Notes under the pieces: model-generated
Seen by the model: the letters and a program-made list of their open reading frames with translations, nothing else
Databases searched by the model: none
What the model was told of the DNA's origin: nothing
Made by a program: the position numbers and the translations under genes
Part shown: one piece after another, positions 16,908-24,872 of the stretch
Layout of the letters: every line of letters starts with the position of its first letter
Numbering within the stretch: the stretch's first letter is position 1
Assembly (NCBI GenBank): GCA_015228925.1
Contig: JADGCQ010000009.1
Span: forward strand, 1,515-65,514
Direction of reading: 5' to 3'
DNA from: Magnetococcales bacterium
GTDB taxonomy: Bacteria; Pseudomonadota; Magnetococcia; Magnetococcales; UBA8363
Length of the DNA stretch: 64,000 nt

Positions 16908-19337
16908 CTAACTCTGGGCTGGAAGCTGATCAGTGGAATTCCCAAAGAAAAAGCGGGAAAGCCAATGGATCCATCGAAGGTAGAAAAAATCTTTATACGG
17001 GGGTTCATAGGTTAAAATAACTTCGTGAATTCCCTGCGGGACCATGCAACCCAAAAAGGTGTGATAAGCGGGAAAAGCCCCGGTCGGGACTCCATCGATG
17101 CGTACCCGCCAAGCCGGATTGTAATTGAAGACCGACACGAGAATGCCTAGTGATGAGTAATCAACCCTCAGGATAATCTTGTCTGGGGAATATAAAATAT
17201 TTTGTATCTCTGCCCATTGGTTTTCCGATGGATCTCCAAAATCCACATTCCCATCTCCCTCCTGCATAAAAACATGCGATTGCAATTGCTCCCTGGAAGA
17301 TTGGCCAAGTTCCTCAAGCAATTTTTCCTTGGTAGAAAAAATCTTCTGCGCAAATACCCCAAAATAACGGGGAAACGGGTCGGTGAGACGATAGATATGA
17401 AGGATTAGGTTTTCACGCAAGCTCGGATCACCAAAACGAGACCAAAAACCAAAGGCGGCCAAAGGTTTGCGCACTTGAATGGATTCCACATGGCTCAATT
17501 CTGCATCATTGAGGCGTACAGGAGAGAAGACATAATGAACATTGGCAAGGCGTAACAGATTAATGTTTATCGATTCTCCCATTCTGAAAGGTTCATCCAA
17601 AAGCATGGTTTCCGGGAGAAGACGGAAGTATAATTTGTAGCTCCCATGGGGAAAAGGGCCAAGCCTGTTGAGAATCGGAGCGGTCATGACGTTCCAATAC
17701 TCTAAAAACCTTTTTGGAATTAGGGCATTGTAGCCGTCAATCGTTTCAAAATTATGACTGATGAGCAAAGATGGAAAATAATTTTTTTCTCTGATCATCG
17801 CCGCTCTGAATGGCATGGTATCCAACTCCGTCAGAGAATGGTGTACCCTGCGCAATTCAGGTTGATCCAGGTATTCCTGTTGACTACCACTGCGTATCGT
17901 CATCCCTATCGACTGCGTAATCCAACCCAATGTCCCGAAGGTGGTGAGCAAAAAAAGAAGGGATAGTGAGCCATAAACCAACCATTCATACCCTTTTCGC
18001 ATCCTTGAACTCGATGGCGTCCGTATTGACAGTGTTAAATAGCGTGCAGAAAATAAAAGCATCGTCAAAGGGAAAACCTGCGCAAACCGCCAAAATCGTA
18101 TAATCTTAAAAAGACCCAGTGAAAACAAAAATTCGACAAGGAATCTGGAGCCGGCCAGGAGGAATGGTAGAAGAAGAAACAAAATATCCAGCATATTCCT
18201 AGAGTATCTTTTTTCCCGCACCCCATGAAAAAAACATCCAATGGTAGCCACAAACAAACACCATCCAAGGCTCCAAGAAAATGGCGTGAGGAAATAATTG
18301 CCGATAATGGGACGATTTGTTCCGATCACTGCTGAGAAACTAGCAAAACTCTCAATTGTATGTATAACAATATCAATACTATACCAGTATATCCTCTTGA
18401 TAAACAACACTATAATGTAAACCCAGGACAGGGAAGTCGTCTCAACCAAAGGTTGCAGCAACGTCTGACTTTCTTGGATCGCTGGGTTGAAACGATATGA
18501 AAGGGGTATGGCAAACTGAACCGCCATAAAAATGGCAAGGGTTGGAATAACCATTCCAGCATGAAGGAAGGTTATGTAAATAATTCTCGATTTTAAACAA
18601 CCGCGCCCATCATAAAATAATAGAATATAAATAATTATAAATGTTGATATATACACAATATCAGCAACTTCAGCCATAAAAAAAGCCGCGTAGAAAAATC
18701 CCATCGCAAATGCTATGCTACAGGAGATCGTTTTTTTTCTGAGGTTTCCTTCAATCTCTATCAGATACGCCAACCCTCCCGTAACCCAAGGGAGTACGGC
18801 ATAGGCCATATTGGAGAAGGGGTCGTTCCGGACAGAAGTGAGGACGTAATAGAGCGTTGCCAAAAATCCTGTCAATAACCGCGATCCGTTTTCACGTTTC
18901 AGAAGAAAATAGGCCCCGGAAATCGACAGAATCATATAGAGCGCAACATTGATACGATATGCTGTCATCGGATCAAACAGATTAAATAAAATTTGATTGA
19001 TTCCTACAAATTTTTCATCCTGAGAAAGTCCATCAAAACCGGCAACGAAATTGGGATGCCAGTAGGACAGGCCGTGTTTTTTATAATTCGACGCATTTGA
19101 AATGAGTTGTATCAGAGGACCATCGACACCATCACTGAACCGGACATAGGAATCCTCTCCCAGCATAAAATAAGGGGCGAAAAGAACGATAGCCACAACG
19201 ATGAGGACGCCCCCCCAAGCAGCTTTTTTTTCATGCTGAAATCTCTCCGGTTTTTGTTCAGTTTGAATTGAGAATCCCCCGCCCCTCAGGTCTCCATTCC
19301 CATCAAAATCATCGAAGGATAGGCACGATGAAACCAA
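16908..19337 (-). CDS. YfhO-family polytopic membrane protein (GT-C type extracytoplasmic glycosyltransferase-like); start codon problematic
   Basis: 809-codon frame with about 13 or more TM helices. The C-terminal soluble domain ending ...FNYNPAWRVRIDGVPTGAFPAYHTFLGCMVPQGIHEVILTYEPP is typical of YfhO. The frame opens at a TTG (19337) without an SD. The only SD-ATG (19234) is +1 out of frame behind an A8 tract; see findings. Confidence 0.65.
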   Translation of the reverse strand: MVSSCLSFDDFDGNGDLRGGGFSIQTEQKPERFQHEKKAAWGGVLIVVAIVLFAPYFMLGEDSYVRFSDGVDGPLIQLISNASNYKKHGLSYWHPNFVAGFDGLSQDEKFVGINQILFNLFDPMTAYRINVALYMILSISGAYFLLKRENGSRLLTGFLATLYYVLTSVRNDPFSNMAYAVLPWVTGGLAYLIEIEGNLRKKTISCSIAFAMGFFYAAFFMAEVADIVYISTFIIIYILLFYDGRGCLKSRIIYITFLHAGMVIPTLAIFMAVQFAIPLSYRFNPAIQESQTLLQPLVETTSLSWVYIIVLFIKRIYWYSIDIVIHTIESFASFSAVIGTNRPIIGNYFLTPFSWSLGWCLFVATIGCFFHGVREKRYSRNMLDILFLLLPFLLAGSRFLVEFLFSLGLFKIIRFWRFAQVFPLTMLLFSARYLTLSIRTPSSSRMRKGYEWLVYGSLSLLFLLTTFGTLGWITQSIGMTIRSGSQQEYLDQPELRRVHHSLTELDTMPFRAAMIREKNYFPSLLISHNFETIDGYNALIPKRFLEYWNVMTAPILNRLGPFPHGSYKLYFRLLPETMLLDEPFRMGESININLLRLANVHYVFSPVRLNDAELSHVESIQVRKPLAAFGFWSRFGDPSLRENLILHIYRLTDPFPRYFGVFAQKIFSTKEKLLEELGQSSREQLQSHVFMQEGDGNVDFGDPSENQWAEIQNILYSPDKIILRVDYSSLGILVSVFNYNPAWRVRIDGVPTGAFPAYHTFLGCMVPQGIHEVILTYEPPYKDFFYLRWIHWLSRFFFGNSTDQLPAQS
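19210..19231 (-). repeat. A8 (19224-19231) and G7 (19210-19216) homopolymers at the 5' end of the YfhO-like gene
   Basis: The minus strand reads ATGAAAAAAAAGCTGCTTGGGGGGGC. I confirmed the tract lengths against the track translation (HEKKAAWGG). Confidence 0.85.
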
Positions 19338-19606
19338 AACTCATTGTCTGCATCAAGCAGCGTTCACCAACGTCTGATTCTTGCGCTGGCCGAGGAAGCT
19401 TGGCATTGGTTGACCAACTGCAACAAGGTATCCAGAAAAAAGGGTTGAACATTGATTTGGAGACGGTTCACTGTCTGGGGGAATGTCATCAGGGGCCGAA
19501 TATGCGTCTTGCCCCTGGAGGCGAATTTTTTCATGGCGTGGAAACCAAAGACATCGAGACGATTATCGATAAAATGGCGGATTTCCTCACCAAGAATCCC
19601 CCGTGA
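19328..19606 (+). CDS. thioredoxin-like [2Fe-2S] ferredoxin
   Basis: The sequence is MKPKLIVCIKQR...CAGRGS...VHCLGECHQGPNMRL, with 4 Cys in the spacing of the NuoE/thioredoxin-like Fdx family. I trimmed the track ORF to ATG 19328. Confidence 0.7.
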   Translation: MKPKLIVCIKQRSPTSDSCAGRGSLALVDQLQQGIQKKGLNIDLETVHCLGECHQGPNMRLAPGGEFFHGVETKDIETIIDKMADFLTKNPP

Positions 19607-19652
19607 CGCGGCCATGACATGGTTTGACCACCGGAGACCTCCCCTCGTTGCA

Positions 19653-20489
19653 TCAGCGTCCAACGGTCAACTGATGGAGGAGCGTGGCCAGCACAAAACC
19701 ATCTCCAGGATTGAGGGGATGTTCACCCACAGTGGGGATAACCACCGATTTTCCAAACAAAGCCGGGACGTTGTTCATGTCCTGGCTGAAACCGGGAACC
19801 AAGCTGTCCCCCAAAACAAACGGCTGGCGACGCACGAGAGAAAAATAACGCATTTTCGGATGCGGCGTGTTGTTGAGGGCAAAAAGCATGGAACCGGGAA
19901 CGGGCCGTGTCAGATCAACCAAAAGAGTGCTGGAATTCCTAAGAAGGGGATAGGGAGTGCCGACAAAAAATTCCTTGATGACATCAATGGGCCAAGGATC
20001 GGAAATCTCATCCAACGCTTGTTCGGCCCGGGGCGTCCCCAAATGCGGGGTGGCGATGGTGATCAACGCTTTGACAGGGGGAATGTGCGCACGGACCAAA
20101 GCCATACGCGCCACAACACCCCCTGCCGAATGGCCAACAAGAATCAGCTTCTGACCGGGATGGGCACGGCCCAGATGATGCAACTGAGTCTCCAAAATCA
20201 TGGTCTGCAAAACAATGGGTGCCAGAGAAGGCAGTTGCACAAGATAGACGGCGTTGGCTGGCAGATCGGCTTTGGTGGATCTCTGATTGGGAAGAATCCA
20301 CGGCGGTTCGGGAATCACCATCCCTGCCAACGGCCAACCTTGGGAGTGCAACAAAGGGACAACACCACTGGTTTGCCAAGACTGTGCGCTACCCAAATAG
20401 CCATGGATCAAAATCACCAAATCGGCCTGGGCACTGCGGCTGAATAAAAAAACGACGGTGGCCAAAAGAAAAAAAATGTGTTTGCGCAT
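19653..20489 (-). CDS. secreted alpha/beta-fold hydrolase (lipase/esterase-like)
   Basis: The signal peptide is MRKHIFFLLATVVFLFSRSAQA. An HG oxyanion motif LIHGY and the nucleophile elbow GHSAGG are present. Confidence 0.75.
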   Translation of the reverse strand: MRKHIFFLLATVVFLFSRSAQADLVILIHGYLGSAQSWQTSGVVPLLHSQGWPLAGMVIPEPPWILPNQRSTKADLPANAVYLVQLPSLAPIVLQTMILETQLHHLGRAHPGQKLILVGHSAGGVVARMALVRAHIPPVKALITIATPHLGTPRAEQALDEISDPWPIDVIKEFFVGTPYPLLRNSSTLLVDLTRPVPGSMLFALNNTPHPKMRYFSLVRRQPFVLGDSLVPGFSQDMNNVPALFGKSVVIPTVGEHPLNPGDGFVLATLLHQLTVGR

Positions 20490-20753
20490 GGGTTGTCTCT
20501 TTTAAAAGGGAGAAACCGAGTGATTGAAGAGGAAGACCTGGAAGTGGTATCATCCGAGAATCGGAAGCTGTGGGCAACTCGGTACATCGACTCGGCACAA
20601 AACAAACTTTAAAAGCCCAACCGCTGACAGGATAGTGTCCTGTTTTTCCCAAAGCAAGGGTGAGCCTTTCTCTGGGGCGGCGAGGATTGGCGTGAGGGTG
20701 TCCTGTTGTGCCCGTAATTGCTCGTTCACCTTGATAACCTGGAGGGGTAGAAT

Positions 20754-21146
20754 GTGACTGAAGAATCCCGACCAACAAATATCGCCGTAACCGCAGTAAC
20801 CCAATATCTGGAATCCCACTCCAATCCAGAAAAAGGGGAGTACGCCTTTGGCTATGCCATTACCATCCGTAACGATGGTCCCAAACCGGCACAATTGTTA
20901 CGCCGACATTGGATGGTGACTTCTGATAATGGTCGCCATCAGGAGGTGCGTGGCGAGGGGGTCGTGGGGGAAAAACCACGCTTGGAACCGGGTGAGGTAT
21001 TCAACTACAACAGTTGGGCCGTGTTGGAAACCCCCACAGGCCACATGGAGGGGCGTTATATGTTTGTCACCGACGAAGGGGAACGGTTTTGGACACCAAT
21101 CGCGCCATTTTTTATGGAAGTTCCCGGTGCCAGAGTTCTCAATTAA
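20754..21146 (+). CDS. apaG: ApaG (DUF525) protein
   Basis: 130 aa, colinear with ApaG: YAFGYAITIRNDG...RHWMVTSDNGRHQEVRGEGVVGEKPRLEPGEVFNYNS...GHMEGRY. The start is GTG. Confidence 0.85.
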   Translation: MTEESRPTNIAVTAVTQYLESHSNPEKGEYAFGYAITIRNDGPKPAQLLRRHWMVTSDNGRHQEVRGEGVVGEKPRLEPGEVFNYNSWAVLETPTGHMEGRYMFVTDEGERFWTPIAPFFMEVPGARVLN

Positions 21147-21163
21147 ACGCCACACCCTAGGGC

Positions 21164-21616
21164 GTGTTGACATTCAATTAAATAAAACTATTAAAATAAA
21201 AAAGGGGTCTGGGGGATTGCCCCCAGGGTTTTGATTTTGGTTTTGATTTTCATGCGCCCCTTATCCCGAAGCATTTTTTTCGCGCTTTTTGTTTTTGCGA
21301 AAAAAATGCGCAGGGCGCACGCCTTCGCTTGATGTTTTTCGCGGTTTTTGCGAAAAACATCAAGCATAATGCAATGTTTTTACACCGTCAACATTGCATT
21401 GTGTTTGCCTTCTTTCGCAAAAACCGCGAAAGAAGGCAAACCAAGGCGCACGCCTGCGCATTTTTCCCTTTAAAAGAAAAGGCACGGGAAAAATGCTTCG
21501 GGATAAAGGGCGCGTAAAAAGCAAAATCAAAATCAAAACCCTGGGGGCAATCCCCCAGACCCCTTTTTTCTTTTAATAATTTTTTAGGGGGGCAATAAAT
21601 TATCGAATGTCAACAC
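21164..21616. repeat. MITE/PATE-like nested palindromic element, copy A (core 21191-21576)
   Basis: - **Outer inverted repeat:** GTGTTGACATTC (21164-21175) pairs with GAATGTCAACAC (21605-21616).
- **Terminal inverted repeats (TIR):** TTAAAA(T/G)AAAAAAGGGGTCTGGGGGATTGCCCCCAGGGTTTTGATTTT on the left and its reverse complement on the right.
- **Internal hairpins:** 21271-21309, 21331-21361, 21368-21400 and 21403-21441.
- **Terminator features:** each TIR contains a GC hairpin (CTGGGGG/CCCCCAG) followed by a T-run, so it looks like a terminator in both directions. Confidence 0.85.
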
Positions 21617-21619
21617 CCC

Positions 21620-22270
21620 CTAAAAGGGGGAAGAAAACATACCCGTCAAAAATGGGTTATGTTTCCGTTCCGCCCCCAGAGTGGTGTCAGGCCCGTGGCC
21701 TGGATGGCAAACTATGTTGTCTCCCAAGGGAAGCAACCGTTTTTTGATGGAATGGAGCAACTGGCTATGATTTCCACCCGGAAGGTCGGTGCGACCAATG
21801 GAACCCTGAAACAACGTATCCCCGACCGCCATACTGTCTCCCCAGCGTAGACAAACGCCACCAGGGGTATGTCCAGGGGTGTGAATGACGTGAATCTCCA
21901 TCCCCGATACCTGAAGGGTTTCGTCGTCCGCAAGTTCCCGATCAATGGTGGGCGCAGAACCAAACGGCAACCCCCAAGCCCGTGCATGTTGCTTGGCAGC
22001 CGCAACCAAAGAGGCATCCCCAGGATGAATCCAAAATTCACACCCAGTCTTTTCCTTTAAATCGGTTACACCACCCAAATGGTCAAAATGACCGTGGGTG
22101 TTGATAATGTGGGTCAACTTCGCCCCCAATCGATCCAACTGCACCAAAATCCGGTCAGCATCACCACCAGGATCCATAATCACCGCCAATCCTTCCTCAC
22201 GGTTGACCAATATCTGACAATTGACTTGGAGAACGCCCGCTTCCATGGCAAGATGATAGGGTGTAACCAT
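21620..22270 (-). CDS. MBL-fold metallo-hydrolase (glyoxalase II / GloB-like)
   Basis: The metal motif is HTHGHFDHLGG, with HTPGHTPG and a C-terminal GHG also present. 216 aa. Confidence 0.85.
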   Translation of the reverse strand: MVTPYHLAMEAGVLQVNCQILVNREEGLAVIMDPGGDADRILVQLDRLGAKLTHIINTHGHFDHLGGVTDLKEKTGCEFWIHPGDASLVAAAKQHARAWGLPFGSAPTIDRELADDETLQVSGMEIHVIHTPGHTPGGVCLRWGDSMAVGDTLFQGSIGRTDLPGGNHSQLLHSIKKRLLPLGDNIVCHPGHGPDTTLGAERKHNPFLTGMFSSPF

Positions 22271-22349
22271 CGGTTATTCCTTAAAAATGTTTGAATATGG
22301 TTTCTAGAATCGAAATGCTCAACGGTATGCCCCGCAATTTTGTGATGCG

Positions 22350-22706
22350 CTAGTGTGTCATGTTGGCTGTCAACCCCTCACGCATCACAACCTTGTACCC
22401 TTTTTCCCGGAGTTGATCTACCAGCAAATCCATATTTTCCATGGCAGGATCCAAATCGTCGAATATCTGACGACGAACCGTTCCCGACGAACCGGAACGA
22501 CCCCACTCCCGGATGATCTGCCATTCTCCCAGAAGATCGCGTTGAATCTGGATGGAATAAAACCAGACTTCTCCAGACTGAGCGTTGATTTTTTGCAGGT
22601 AGGCTTTCATGTCATGATATGCTTTGATCCGCCTGTGCGATTTTTCCGTGTACCAGCCCTTGACCCAGCTATAATAGGACAGAAACCATGTCAGTTCGCA
22701 AGTCAA
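22350..22706 (-). CDS. WGR-domain protein
   Basis: The sequence [37 protein letters not shown]...REKGYKVV has the WGR signature (EWGRxG). The true start may be the internal Met at 22610. Confidence 0.6.
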   Translation of the reverse strand: MTCELTWFLSYYSWVKGWYTEKSHRRIKAYHDMKAYLQKINAQSGEVWFYSIQIQRDLLGEWQIIREWGRSGSSGTVRRQIFDDLDPAMENMDLLVDQLREKGYKVVMREGLTANMTH

Positions 22707-22747
22707 TGTGAAAAATTTTAATTCAATATCACAAAAAAAGGGGTATC

Positions 22748-23173
22748 ATGGTCGCATCGACACCACCACAGTCCTGGATCATCCCCCGGCCCATCGTCAA
22801 TCGCATCCTGACCCATGCCATGCAAACAGCACCCCAGGAATGTGTCGGTCTGCTTTCGGGAAATCAGCGGCAAATCAAAGGATGGCACCCGATGACCAAC
22901 CATTGGCACCATGAACGCCGCTTCCTTGCCGATCCTTCTCAGCAGATTCAAATCATGAAGGAATTACGCTCTCGTGGCGAAGAGATCGTCGCCATTTATC
23001 ACAGCCATCCACAAGCGGCTGCGCAACCGTCGTATCGAGATCTGCAAGAATCGCATTACCCCGATGCCCTGTATCTTATCGTCTCCCTGGATACCCTGGG
23101 GCGACTGGACATGAATGGGTTCCTCCTTCGGGATGGCACTGCGGAACCGCAAGAATTGACCCTCTGCGATTGA
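22748..23173 (+). CDS. JAB/MPN (Mov34) family metalloprotease
   Basis: A conserved Glu occurs in QECVGLLSG. The JAMM motif is HSHPQAAAQPSYRD (HxHx7Sx2D). Confidence 0.8.
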   Translation: MVASTPPQSWIIPRPIVNRILTHAMQTAPQECVGLLSGNQRQIKGWHPMTNHWHHERRFLADPSQQIQIMKELRSRGEEIVAIYHSHPQAAAQPSYRDLQESHYPDALYLIVSLDTLGRLDMNGFLLRDGTAEPQELTLCD

Positions 23174-23224
23174 CGGTGGTTCAAATATTTTGTTAAAAAT
23201 GATCAGTCCAAATAGGGTGGAATT

Positions 23225-23935
23225 GTGATGATGCGGTTTCTCAAATGGTTGTTTCATTCCCTGACCCCCTATCTTGTGGGCGTGTTGTTGGGAATCGGAT
23301 TTTTTATATTGCTTGCCCGTTTCATAGGCTCCCCTGGAAAATTATTGCAAAGTGCCCCCGATCTTTCCCAACATGTGGCATGGTTGTCCGGGGTCATGAA
23401 CGGCAAAGTGGCATCCGATACTTCCGAGGTCAAAGTTGAAACCGTCCGCATCGCCCCCAAACAGGACATCCCGGAAGGTGCCACGGTTGCCCAATCACAC
23501 GCCAGCTCCAAAGTATCCCCTCACCAGGAGACGACCACCCCAACAACCCCAGCAGTAAGTTTGCCGCAACCTGCCAGCCCCCTCCCCCTTTCGGGGCAGA
23601 AATACGTTCCAGTTCAAACGCACAGCTCAGGGGATCATCGAGGTGATGGCGTGGACGCGACGCATGGGCCAACAATGATCATCATCGAAGAGTGTGGGCT
23701 ACCTCCCATGAGGCCGGGTTTGGATCAGGAACGTTATATGGCATGCCAATGGCGGCGCAATTGCCAAATCCGTGTCGATAACTATCAAAAAATGATTGCC
23801 CAGGGGTTACAGGGGTGTCCAAAAAATACCACCCATGCCCAAATGTGCCGCAATTTCTACCGCTCATTGGAAATGCAAAATCCTCCCCAGGCGTGTGATG
23901 GACCGCCATGGTATGGCGTGAGCCAAAGAAACTAA
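23225..23935 (+). CDS. hypothetical membrane-anchored protein (Pro/Thr-rich linker, Cys-rich C-terminal domain)
   Basis: It has an N-terminal TM helix (YLVGVLLGIGFFILLARF), a TTPTTPAVSLPQPASPLP linker and 6 Cys in the last 90 aa. I recognise no family. Confidence 0.45.
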   Translation: MMMRFLKWLFHSLTPYLVGVLLGIGFFILLARFIGSPGKLLQSAPDLSQHVAWLSGVMNGKVASDTSEVKVETVRIAPKQDIPEGATVAQSHASSKVSPHQETTTPTTPAVSLPQPASPLPLSGQKYVPVQTHSSGDHRGDGVDATHGPTMIIIEECGLPPMRPGLDQERYMACQWRRNCQIRVDNYQKMIAQGLQGCPKNTTHAQMCRNFYRSLEMQNPPQACDGPPWYGVSQRN

Positions 23936-23945
23936 AAACCTTATT

Positions 23946-24425
23946 TTAGACACGAAACCGGGCAATCTGAGATATGTGAAGATAACTCTTCTCAAGGTCG
24001 GGAACATGCCGGATCAAATTGGCCAAAGCAGATAACATCATTTCGGGGTTGTCGGGATAGTCATGGCTTGCTTGATTGCGGAGTTCCCGTAGCACCTGCC
24101 ACCCTTCGGCAGAGGGGAGAATTCCCAATTGCTCGGCACGATTGAGTTTATCGAGAAATGGCTCCCCTTCGCGCCATTCTGCCAGTAATACCAATAAGGA
24201 AGGGAGAAGTCGCAGACCCATGGCGTCTTGCAATCGACCAAAACGGAACAAAAGTTGGTCCAAGGTGCGGATTTCTTCATTGCTGAGGTTCTCATGCGCC
24301 CCTGTTCGCAAAGCTTTAAAATGTACCGCTTCCTCATAAGCCAACCGTAAATGAAACCCATGTTGATCACATTCCTTCAATGCCTGAGTCAATTTGAGTC
24401 GGGCCACTTCCTGGGTCATGGTCAC
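23946..24425 (-). CDS. HEPN-domain protein (toxin partner of the MNT nucleotidyltransferase)
   Basis: The Rx4H motif occurs in LRELRNQASHDYP. 159 aa, helical. It overlaps the upstream MNT gene by 4 nt. Confidence 0.75.
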   Translation of the reverse strand: MTMTQEVARLKLTQALKECDQHGFHLRLAYEEAVHFKALRTGAHENLSNEEIRTLDQLLFRFGRLQDAMGLRLLPSLLVLLAEWREGEPFLDKLNRAEQLGILPSAEGWQVLRELRNQASHDYPDNPEMMLSALANLIRHVPDLEKSYLHISQIARFRV

Positions 24426-24727
24426 AACGCGATTCCCGTTTCCCGAGCTATCCGCTGAATGGGTTCTTGTGTTTTGCCCTCTGCGGGGGCAAAAACCAGG
24501 TCGATGCGACGCTCTCCAAGCCTCTGTTTGGCTCGGACTAAAAAACGAATTTTGCCCGCCAACATTTCCGCAACCGTGTTATGGACACCGGTGACATAAA
24601 GATCAATATCTCCCCCCCTTTGGGTATCATCGGTTCGGGAACCAAAAAGATAGAGGCGGGCCTGGGGACCAAACACCTCCAGACCAACCTCTTTAAGTAT
24701 GGTGATTTGATGGGGCGTCAAGCGCAT
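24422..24727 (-). CDS. minimal nucleotidyltransferase (MNT) antitoxin
   Basis: The sequence LYLFGSRTDDTQRGGDIDLYV contains the GSx(n)DxD pol-beta nucleotidyltransferase motif. 101 aa. Confidence 0.8.
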   Translation of the reverse strand: MRLTPHQITILKEVGLEVFGPQARLYLFGSRTDDTQRGGDIDLYVTGVHNTVAEMLAGKIRFLVRAKQRLGERRIDLVFAPAEGKTQEPIQRIARETGIAL

Positions 24728-24872
24728 GGATTCGATTTCTAGCGAACGTTATGTTTCCTCTACCCTTTCCAAAGGTTCGATGGTAATCGCTCTTCAGGAG
24801 CGGTTCAAGTCAAATGATCAGGCAATGGCCTGGCGTGCCATCGGCAATCGGAGACCATTGCCTGGATCAGGA

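Noticed and set aside
20627-20648. A small hairpin (ACAGGA-tagtg-TCCTGT) followed by TTTTT in the apaG upstream region. I considered it as an attenuator or the 3' end of an sRNA.
   Set aside because: The stem is only 6 bp. There is no upstream promoter or conserved structure that I can see, so it is too weak to call.
21329-21576. The ORFs at 21329-21517 and 21394-21576 inside repeat element A, considered as a possible small transposase or peptide.
   Set aside because: Their translations are low-complexity (FFAVFAKN..., KKANQGARLRIFPFKRK). They are generated by reading through palindromic hairpins, and there are no equivalents in copies B and C.
22350-23173. The WGR-domain protein and the JAB/MPN protease, considered as a possible two-gene system (for example ubiquitin-like or CBASS-accessory).
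   Set aside because: The genes are divergent rather than co-oriented. There is no E1/E2, ubiquitin-like, cyclase or effector gene nearby. Both families occur widely as stand-alone genes.
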